Of a DNA stretch of 64,000 nucleotides, positions 38,701 to 49,884 are shown piece after piece. The translations under genes were made by a program, and so were the position numbers. Under the pieces are notes generated by a model that saw only the letters and a list, made by a program, of their open reading frames with translations, had not been told where the DNA came from and searched no databases. Position 1 is the first letter of the stretch. Each line of letters starts with the position of its first letter. The DNA is from Euprymna scolopes (Eukaryota), in assembly GCA_053919585.1 (NCBI GenBank), contig CM132793.1, one strand, 5' to 3'.

Positions 38701-41700
38701 GAAAACTGATTATTGCTACTAAAACCACCTAAATGAAAGATGCCTCTAGAAAACTGATTATTGCTACTAAAACCACCTAAATGAAAGATGCCTCTAGAAA
38801 ACTGATTATTGCTACTAAAACCACCTAAATGAAAGATGCCTCTAGAAAACTGATTATTGCTACTAAAACCACCTAAATGAAAGATGGCTCTAGAAAACTG
38901 ATTATTGCTACTAAAACCACCTAAATGAAAGATGCCTCTAGAAAACTGATTATTGCTACTAAAACCACCTAAATGAAAGATGGCTCTAGAAAACTGATTA
39001 TTGCTACTAAAACCACCTAAATGAAAGATGGCTCTAGAAAACTGATTATTGCTACTAAAACCACCTAAATGAAAGATGCCTCTAGAAAACTGATTATTGC
39101 TACTAAAACCACCTAAATGAAAGATGCCTCTAGAAAACTGATTATTGCTACTAAAACCACCTAAATGAAAGATGCCTCTAGAAAACTGATTATTGCTACT
39201 AAAACCACCTAAATGAAAGATGGCTCTAGAAAACTGATTATTGCTACTAAAACCACCTAAATGAAAGATGCCTCTAGAAAACTGATTATTGCTACTAAAA
39301 CCACCTAAATGAAAGATGGCTCTAGAAAACTGATTATTGCTACTAAAACCACCTAAATGAAAGATGCCTCTAGAAAACTGATTATTGCTACTAAAACCAC
39401 CTAAATGAAAGATGCCTCTAGAAAACTGATTATTGCTACTAAAACCACCTAAATGAAAGATGCCTCTAGAAAACTGATTATTGCTACTAAAACCACCTAA
39501 ATGAAAGATGCCTCTAGAAAACTGATTATTGCTACTAAAACCACCTAAATGAAAGATGCCTCTAGAAAACTGATTATTGCTACTAAAACCACCTAAATGA
39601 AAGATGCCTCTAGAAAACTGATTATTGCTACTAAAACCACCTAAATGAAAGATGGCTCTAGAAAACTGATTATTGCTACTAAAACCACCTAAATGAAAGA
39701 TGCCTCTAGAAAACTGATTATTGCTACTAAAACCACCTAAATGAAAGATGGCTCTAGAAAACTGATTATTGCTACTAAAACCACCTAAATGAAAGATGGC
39801 TCTAGAAAACTGATTATTGCTACTAAAACCACCTAAATGAAAGATGCCTCTAGAAAACTGATTATTGCTACTAAAACCACCTAAATGAAAGATGCCTCTA
39901 GAAAACTGATTATTGCTACTAAAACCACCTAAATGAAAGATGCCTCTAGAAAACTGATTATTGCTACTAAAACCACCTAAATGAAAGATGCCTCTAGAAA
40001 ACTGATTATTGCTACTAAAACCACCTAAATGAAAGATGCCTCTAGAAAACTGATTATTGCTACTAAAACCACCTAAATGAAAGATGGCTCTAGAAAACTG
40101 ATTATTGCTACTAAAACCACCTAAATGAAAGATGCCTCTAGAAAACTGATTATTGCTACTAAAACCAACTAAATGAAAGATGCCTCTAGAAAACTGATTA
40201 TTGCTACTAAAACCACCTAAATGAAAGATGGCTCTAGAAAACTGATTATTGCTACTAAAACCACCTAAATGAAAGATGCCTCTAGAAAACTGATTATTGC
40301 TACTAAAACCACCTAAATGAAAGATGGCTCTAAAAAACTGATTATTGCTACTAAAACCACCTAAATGAAAGATGCCTCTAGAAAACTGATTATTGCTACT
40401 AAAACCACCTAAATGAAAGATGCCTCTAGAAAACTGATTATTGCTACTAAAACCACCTAAATGAAAGATGCCTCTAGAAAACTGATTATTGCTACTAAAA
40501 CCACCTAAATGAAAGATGCCTCTAGAAAACTGATTATTGCTACTAAAACCACCTAAATGAAAGATGCCTCTAGAAAACTGATTATTGCTACTAAAACCAC
40601 CTAAATGAAAGATGCCTCTAGAAAACTGATTATTGCTACTAAAACCACCTAAATGAAAGATGCCTCTAGAAAACTGATTATTGCTACTAAAACCACCTAA
40701 ATGAAAGATGGCTCTAGAAAACTGATTATTGCTACTAAAACCACCTAAATGAAAGATGCCTCTAGAAAACTGATTATTGCTACTAAAACCACCTAAATGA
40801 AAGATGCCTCTAGAAAACTGATTATTGCTACTAAAACCACCTAAATGAAAGATGCCTCTAGAAAACTGATTATTGCTACTAAAACCACCTAAATGAAAGA
40901 TGCCTCTAGAAAACTGATTATTGCTACTAAAACCACCTAAATGAAAGATGCCTCTAGAAAACTGATTATTGCTACTAAAACCACCTAAATGAAAGATGCC
41001 TCTAGAAAACTGATTATTGCTACTAAAACCACCTAAATGAAAGATGGCTCTAGAAAACTGATTATTGCTACTAAAACCACCTAAATGAAAGATGGCTCTA
41101 GAAAACTGATTATTGCTACTAAAACCACCTAAATGAAAGATGCCTCTAGAAAACTGATTATTGCTACTAAAACCACCTAAATGAAAGATGGCTCTAGAAA
41201 ACTGATTATTGCTACTAAAACCACCTAAATGAAAGATGCCTCTAGAAAACTGATTATTGCTACTAAAACCACCTAAATGAAAGATGCCTCTAGAAAACTG
41301 ATTATTGCTACTAAAACCACCTAAATGAAAGATGGCTCTAGAAAACTGATTATTGCTACTAAAACCACCTAAATGAAAGATGCCTCTAGAAAACTGATTA
41401 TTGCTACTAAAACCACCTAAATGAAAGATGGCTCTAGAAAACTGATTATTGCTACTAAAACCACCTAAATGAAAGATGCCTCTAGAAAACTGATTATTGC
41501 TACTAAAACCACCTAAATGAAAGATGCCTCTAGAAAACTGATTATTGCTACTAAAACCACCTAAATGAAAGATGGCTCTAGAAAACTGATTATTGCTACT
41601 AAAACCACCTAAATGAAAGATGCCTCTAGAAAACTGATTATTGCTACTAAAACCACCTAAATGAAAGATGCCTCTAGAAAACTGATTATTGCTACTAAAA

Positions 41701-44700
41701 CCACTTAAATGAAAGATGGCTCTAGAAAACTGATTATTGCTACTAAAACCACCTAAATGAAAGATGGCTCTAGAGAACTGATTATTGCTACTAAAACCAC
41801 CTAAATGAAAGATGCCTCTAGAAAACTGATTATTGCTACTAAAACCACCTAAATGAAAGATGCCTCTAGAAAACTGATTATTGCTACTAAAACCACCTAA
41901 ATGAAAGATGCCTCTAGAAAACTGATTATTGCTACTAAAACCACCTAAATGAAAGATGCCTCTAGAAAACTGATTATTGCTACTAAAACCACCTAAATGA
42001 AAGATGCCTCTAGAAAACTGATTATTGCTACTAAAACCACCTAAATGAAAGATGGCTCTAGAAAACTGATTATTGCTACTAAAACCACCTAAATGAAAGA
42101 TGCCTCTAGAAAACTGATTATTGCTACTAAAACCACCTAAATGAAAGATGCCTCTAGAAAACTGATTATTGCTACTAAAACCACCTAAATGAAAGATGCC
42201 TCTAGAAAACTGATTATTGCTACTAAAACCACCTAAATGAAAGATGGCTCTAGAAAACTGATTATTGCTACTAAAACCACCTAAATGAAAGATGCCTCTA
42301 GAAAACTGATTATTGCTACTAAAACCACCTAAATGAAAGATGGCTCTAGAAAACTGATTATTGCTACTAAAACCACCTAAATGAAAGATGCCTCTAGAAA
42401 ACTGATTATTGCTACTAAAACCACCTAAATGAAAGATGGCTCTAGAAAACTGATTATTGCTACTAAAACCACCTAAATGAAAGATGCCTCTAGAAAACTG
42501 ATTATTGCTACTAAAACCACCTAAATGAAAGATGCCTCTAGAAAACTGATTATTGCTACTAAAACCACCTAAATGAAAGATGCCTCTAGAAAACTGATTA
42601 TTGCTACTAAAACCACCTAAATGAAAGATGCCTCTAGAAAACTGATTATTGCTACTAAAACCACCTAAATGAAAGATGCCTCTAGAAAACTGATTATTGC
42701 TACTAAAACCACCTAAATGAAAGATGCCTCTAGAAAACTGATTATTGCTACTAAAACCACCTAAATGAAAGATGCCTCTAGAAAACTGATTATTGCTACT
42801 AAAACCACCTAAATGAAAGATGCCTCTAGAAAACTGATTATTGCTACTAAAACCACCTAAATGAAAGATGCCTCTAGAAAACTGATTATTGCTACTAAAA
42901 CCACCTAAATGAAAGATGCCTCTAGAAAACTGATTATTGCTACTAAAACCACCTAAATGAAAGATGCCTCTAGAAAACTGATTATTGCTACTAAAACCAC
43001 CTAAATGAAAGATGGCTCTAGAAAACTGATTATTGCTACTAAAACCACCTAAATGAAAGATGCCTCTAGAAAACTGATTATTGCTACTAAAACCACCTAA
43101 ATGAAAGATGGCTCTAGAAAACTGATTATTGCTACTAAAACCACCTAAATGAAAGATGCCTCTAGAAAACTGATTATTGCTACTAAAACCACCTAAATGA
43201 AAGATGCCTCTAGAAAACTGATTATTGCTACTAAAACCACCTAAATGAAAGATGCCTCTAGAAAACTGATTATTGCTACTAAAACCACCTAAATGAAAGA
43301 TGCCTCTAGAAAACTGATTATTGCTACTAAAACCACCTAAATGAAAGATGCCTCTAGAAAACTGATTATTGCTACTAAAACCACCTAAATGAAAGATGGC
43401 TCTAGAAAACTGATTATTGCTACTAAAACCACCTAAATGAAAGATGCCTCTAGAAAACTGATTATTGCTACTAAAACCACCTAAATGAAAGATGGCTCTA
43501 GAAAACTGATTATTGCTACTAAAACCACCTAAATGAAAGATGGCTCTAGAAAACTGATTATTGCTACTAAAACCACCTAAATGAAAGATGCCTCTAGAAA
43601 ACTGATTATTGCTACTAAAACCACCTAAATGAAAGATGCCTCTAGAAAACTGATTATTGCTACTAAAACCACCTAAATGAAAGATGCCTCTAGAAAACTG
43701 ATTATTGCTACTAAAACCACCTAAATGAAAGATGCCTCTAGAAAACTGATTATTGCTACTAAAACCACCTAAATGAAAGATGCCTCTAGAAAACTGATTA
43801 TTGCTACTAAAACCACCTAAATGAAAGATGGCTCTAGAAAACTGATTATTGCTACTAAAACCACCTAAATGAAAGATGCCTCTAGAAAACTGATTATTGC
43901 TACTAAAACCACCTAAATGAAAGATGCCTCTAGAAAACTGATTATTGCTACTAAAACCACCTAAATGAAAGATGGCTCTAGAAAACTGATTATTGCTACT
44001 AAAACCACCTAAATGAAAGATGCCTCTAGAAAACTGATTATTGCTACTAAAACCACCTAAATGAAAGATGCCTCTAGAAAACTGATTATTGCTACTAAAA
44101 CCACCTAAATGAAAGATGCCTCTAGAAAACTGATTATTGCTACTAAAACCACCTAAATGAAAGATGCCTCTAGAAAACTGATTATTGCTACTAAAACCAC
44201 CTAAATGAAAGATGCCTCTAGAAAACTGATTATTGCTACTAAAACCACCTAAATGAAAGATGCCTCTAGAAAACTGATTATTGCTACTAAAACCACCTAA
44301 ATGAAAGATGCCTCTAGAAAACTGATTATTGCTACTAAAACCACCTAAATGAAAGATGCCTCTAGAAAACTGATTATTGCTACTAAAACCACCTAAATGA
44401 AAGATGCCTCTAGAAAACTGATTATTGCTACTAAAACCACCTAAATGAAAGATGCCTCTAGAAAACTGATTATTGCTACTAAAACCACCTAAATGAAAGA
44501 TGCCTCTAGAAAACTGATTATTGCTACTAAAACCACCTAAATGAAAGATGCCTCTAGAAAACTGATTATTGCTACTAAAACCACCTAAATGAAAGATGGC
44601 TCTAGAAAACTGATTATTGCTACTAAAACCACCTAAATGAAAGATGCCTCTAGAAAACTGATTATTGCTACTAAAACCACCTAAATGAAAGATGCCTCTA

Positions 44701-47444
44701 GAAAACTGATTATTGCTACTAAAACCACCTAAATGAAAGATGCCTCTAGAAAACTGATTATTGCTACTAAAACCACCTAAATGAAAGATGCCTCTAGAAA
44801 ACTGATTATTGCTACTAAAACCACCTAAATGAAAGATGCCTCTAGAAAACTGATTATTGCTACTAAAACCACCTAAATGAAAGATGGCTCTAGAAAACTG
44901 ATTATTGCTACTAAAACCACCTAAATGAAAGATGCCTCTAGAAAACTGATTATTGCTACTATAACCACCTAAATGAAAGATGCCTCTAGAAAACTGATTA
45001 TTGCTACTAAAACCACCTAAATGAAAGATGGCTCTAGAAAACTGATTATTGCTACTAAAACCACCTAAATGAAAGATGCCTCTAGAAAACTGATTATTGC
45101 TACTAAAACCACCTAAATGAAAGATGCCTCTAGAAAACTGATTATTGCTACTAAAACCACCTAAATGAAAGATGGCTCTAGAAAACTGATTATTGCTACT
45201 AAAACCACCTAAATGAAAGATGCCTCTAGAAAACTGATTATTGCTACTAAAACCACCTAAATGAAAGATGCCTCTAGAAAACTGATTATTGCTACTAAAA
45301 CCACCTAAATGAAAGATGGCTCTAGAAAACTGATTATTGCTACTAAAACCACCTAAATGAAAGATGCCTCTAGAAAACTGATTATTGCTACTAAAACCAC
45401 CTAAATGAAAGATGCCTCTAGAAAACTGATTATTGCTACTAAAACCACCTAAATGAAAGATGGCTCTAGAAAACTGATTATTGCTACTAAAACCACCTAA
45501 ATGAAAGATGGCTCTAGAAAACTGATTATTGCTACTAAAACCACCTAAATGAAAGATGCCTCTAGAAAACTGATTATTGCTACTAAAACCACCTAAATGA
45601 AAGATGCCTCTAGAAAACTGATTATTGCTACTAAAACCACCTAAATGAAAGATGCCTCTAGAAAACTGATTATTGCTACTAAAACCACCTAAATGAAAGA
45701 TGCCTCTAGAAAACTGATTATTGCTACTAAAACCACCTAAATGAAAGATGCCTCTAGAATACTGATTATTGCTACTAAAACCACCTAAATGAAAGATGGC
45801 TCTAGAAAACTGATTATTGCTACTAAAACCACCTAAATGAAAGATGCCTCTAGAAAACTGATTATTGCTACTAAAACCACCTAAATGAAAGATGCCTCTA
45901 GAAAACTGATTATTGCTACTAAAACCACCTAAATGAAAGATGCCTCTAGAAAACTGATTATTGCTACTAAAACCACCTAAATGAAAGATGCCTCTAGAAA
46001 ACTGATTATTGCTACTAAAACCACCTAAATGAAAGATGCCTCTAGAAAACTGATTATTGCTACTAAAACCACCTAAATGAAAGATGCCTCTAGAAAACTG
46101 ATTATTGCTACTAAAACCACCTAAATGAAAGATGGCTCTAGAAAACTGATTATTGCTACTAAAACCACCTAAATGAAAGATGCCTCTAGAAAACTGATTA
46201 TTGCTACTAAAACCACCTAAATGAAAGATGCCTCTAGAAAACTGATTATTGCTACTAAAACCACCTAAATGAAAGATGCCTCTAGAAAACTGATTATTGC
46301 TACTAAAACCACCTAAATGAAAGATGCCTCTAGAAAACTGATTATTGCTACTAAAACCACCTAAATGAAAGATGCCTCTAGAAAACTGATTATTGCTACT
46401 AAAACCACCTAAATGAAAGATGCCTCTAGAAAACTGATTATTGCTACTAAAACCACCTAAATGAAAGATGCCTCTAGAAAACTGATTATTGCTACTAAAA
46501 CCACCTAAATGAAAGATGCCTCTAGAAAACTGATTATTGCTACTAAAACCACCTAAATGAAAGATGCCTCTAGAAAACTGATTATTGCTACTAAAACCAC
46601 CTAAATGAAAGATGCCTCTAGAAAACTGATTATTGCTACTAAAACCACCTAAATGAAAGATGCCTCTAGAAAACTGATTATTGCTACTAAAACCACCTAA
46701 ATGAAAGATGCCTCTAGAAAACTGATTATTGCTACTAAAACCACCTAAATGAAAGATGGCTCTAGAAAACTGATTATTGCTACTAAAACCACCTAAATGA
46801 AAGATGCCTCTAGAAAACTGATTATTGCTACTAAAACCACCTAAATGAAAGATGCCTCTAGAAAACTGATTATTGCTACTAAAACCACCTAAATGAAAGA
46901 TGCCTCTAGAAAACTGATTATTGCTACTAAAACCACCTAAATGAAAGATGCCTCTAGAAAACTGATTATTGCTACTAAAACCACCTAAATGAAAGATGGC
47001 TCTAGAAAACTGATTATTGCTACTAAAACCACCTAAATGAAAGATGGCTCTAGAAAACTGATTATTGCTACTAAAACCACCTAAATGAAAGATGCCTCTA
47101 GAAAACTGATTATTGCTACTAAAACCACCTAAATGAAAGATGCCTCTAGAAAACTGATTATTGCTACTAAAACCACCTAAATGAAAGATGCCTCTAGAAA
47201 ACTGATTATTGCTACTAAAACCACCTAAATGAAAGATGCCTCTAGAAAACTGATTATTGCTACTAAAACCACCTAAATGAAAGATGCCTCTAGAAAACTG
47301 ATTATTGCTACTAAAACCACCTAAATGAAAGATGCCTCTAGAAAACTGATTATTGCTACTAAAACCACCTAAATGAAAGATGCCTCTAGAAAACTGATTA
47401 TTGCTACTAAAACCACCTAAATGAAAGATGCCTCTAGAAAACTG
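23730..47444. repeat. Tandem satellite, 48-bp unit x 494 (+CTG), intronic in MCM7
   Basis: Unit ctgattattgctactaaaaccacctaaatgaaagatg[c/g]ctctagaaaa; 23715 bp = 494x48+3. One common C/G variant, about nine singleton substitutions, and one -1/+1 indel pair (~31255, ~31494). Confidence 0.99.
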
Positions 47445-47639
47445 TATTAAAAGTACCCGAAGAGAAACGTAAGAAATGCTAAATAAGAAAGTGGAAGGAC
47501 TTGTTTTATTTCGAAATTATGCCTACTTCTGTCATCTTTCTCAGTCGATTTTACATAAGAATATACTTTTAGATTTTACGTAGATTCTTTGCTTTCTAAT
47601 TTTTCTAATCGTATAGAAATTGAGTTTTAGATGTACAGA

Positions 47640-48148
47640 CTAGCAGTGTACCCGGCATTATCTGGTATTAAACATAACGTTAAGTTCATTTTAAAAAAAC
47701 AAAAAAAAAACAAGTAATAATAAAAAAAAATGAAAGAAACTGAGACATGTGAATGTATTTTTTCAAAGCAGCTTACTTGTAAGTAAAAAAAAAAAAGTAC
47801 TCGAGCTGAGATTAAAACCTAAAGGCAGTGAGTCAAGTATGATAACCATTATACCTGCTTGCCACGATCTTTTTAAAGTGTTTTTAAACCTACTTATTTT
47901 TAACATAAGGAAGCTGTCATGTGAAGGATTTGTGCATGCACAGTCATAAAACAGTTGACATAAAATCCAATAACCTACAAGAGCCAATTTTTCAATTTTG
48001 TTCCCTTAGCAGCCCTTTTTTTCTGGATAAAAACTGATTAAGAAGTTTTCCACATGTTTAAACACTCTACATATCAAATTTCGAGATTAAAGAATTTGAG
48101 TATATAGGTTGAGAGTTGTCCTCGCACACACCCTCACTTTTATAGATA
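47640..48148 (-). mobile_element. Non-autonomous Helitron-like element
   Basis: Minus strand ends gccgggtacactgCTAG|t (47640) and begins near tatctataaaagtgagggtgtgtg; same terminal style as 1127-1652. Confidence 0.55.
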
Positions 48149-48871
48149 CAATAGACTTAGGTGTAGACAGTTGGTCGCAAACCCCACAATAAAGTAAAAT
48201 GTATTTTCTTTTTAAAAATGTAGCACAAATGCAGACCCCCCCCCCCTGGTATGAATAAAATTAAAAGTAAAATTATTTCTTTATTAAAAACTATTAAAGA
48301 TTTTTTTTTTCTTATTTATGGCTCTTGACCTTTTAGCGGAGATCTGTTCTCCACAACATGAGTGCTATTTGACACTGGATGTTTTCATATAATTATCTCT
48401 TGAAAATGAAATCCTAAAACTTTTTAAAATAAAATCTCTTTAATAGTATCAATTATAAGAGGATTAAGATAAAATTATTGCTTATCTGTAATTTACTAAA
48501 TATAAATGTATATAATAATTTACTCGGTTTTAAACGAACATATGCAAATGGGCCATACCGTTTTGTCAAATTTTTTTTTTTTTTTGTAATTTAGAAATTC
48601 TTTTTTTGTGAGTCTAGTTGTTACTATAATTACTGGAATGATGGAGGTCTTAAGATTCCAGTTTCTTTTCATGTCGTACATAAATTACATTGGTGTTTTG
48701 TCTTTTTCCTCTTAGCTCTGTTTAACCGAGCATCATTGGTGAAACTAACTAAAGTTCAAAATACACACATACAAACAGAAAGTTACACACTTATATTAAA
48801 AGTGAATTGGAATTTTGTTCAGTTTTTTTAAAATTAAAACATTTTTTGATGAATTTTTTAATCTTTTCTAG

Positions 48872-49052
48872 TGAGGTCTTTTTCAAGGCTACTTCGCGTC
48901 AAAAGCAGATGTCTGTGCGGGATATCAAGGCTGAAAATGTTGGCAAATTAGTATGCGTTAAAGGCATTGTGACAAGAGCCACAGAAGTCAAGCCGAAAAT
49001 GTCAGTCGCAACTTACACTTGTGACACATGTGGTAATGAGACTTACCAACCA
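48872..49052 (+). CDS. MCM7: MCM7 coding exon (probable exon 5): [60 protein letters not shown]
   Basis: ttttctAG acceptor (phase 2 completes the Phe codon), GTGAGT donor, 181 nt. MCM OB-fold GKLV.V.GIVTR..EVKP and first half of the C4 zinc finger (CDTC). Confidence 0.97.
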
Positions 49053-49552
49053 GTGAGTTAATTAAAAACTTTTTCTTTCACAAACCGATTTTTGAAATTC
49101 ATATCTTTGTGATATTTTAAATGTTACAGCCAGGTAAAATAAATTTAAATTTTGTGATAAAAATTTGGTCAATTTTTAAGGAATCTTACTGTTGGCATAA
49201 GTCTTTTTTTTTTTTTTTTTTTTTTTATTATACCAAAGAGAGATAACTTTTATATTTGATCTCGGTGCTTTTTCATTATTGTAGCGAAATTTGAAACCTG
49301 AAATATTGAATTTCAATCGAAGCCCAATAGTATATACTGAATTGTCATGTCACAGAAACAAAAATATCCCAAAATTATGCTGGTGCTACCAGATCAGGCT
49401 GTCTATTGGCTTCCTGAGACAAAATGCACCTACATCGATTTTCTGTTTGTTTTTCTATTCTCTTTTGTAAAACTTAATTATGTTCTGCAAAAACAAAACA
49501 GCCCCCTTCCCCTTGCCCTTCTCCTTTTTCCTTTCCTATTCCCCAACCCCGT

Positions 49553-49884
49553 TGTTGAGGCATTAGAATACACCGACTGCCCCCCCTGCAGAGGGTAAAA
49601 GTCCCTCAATGGGGATCCTGGCTATGACCTTAAACTATATCCAGTGGTGAGGCCCCAGCTTGTGGGCTTTGGGGAGTGTGGAGCCACCCTTTAATTACCA
49701 TTACTCCCAGGTCCACTCTGATCCGGAGTGGTAGTACCTGTTAGGATCCCAACTATGGGTTCAATAGAAACCGACGTGAAAACAAATATATTCTATTAAA
49801 AAAAATTTTTCTTCAAAATCTTTGGATTTGGCATTAAATAACCCGAAAAGGGTTAATATGCCGTAAAACAAAAACAACCAACCA
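49553..49884 (+). mobile_element. Short non-autonomous retroelement sharing 5' head and 3' tail with the adjacent I-group LINE
   Basis: Head gcccccctgcagagggtaaaagtccctcaatgggg matches 49885-49919. Tail ggcattaaataacccgaaaagggttaatatgccgtaaaac..caaccaacc matches the LINE 3' ends at ~54186 and ~10615. Confidence 0.7.

Noticed and set aside
23730-47444. CRISPR-like array
   Set aside because: Units are contiguous and identical with no unique spacers, there are no cas genes, and the context is a eukaryotic intron.
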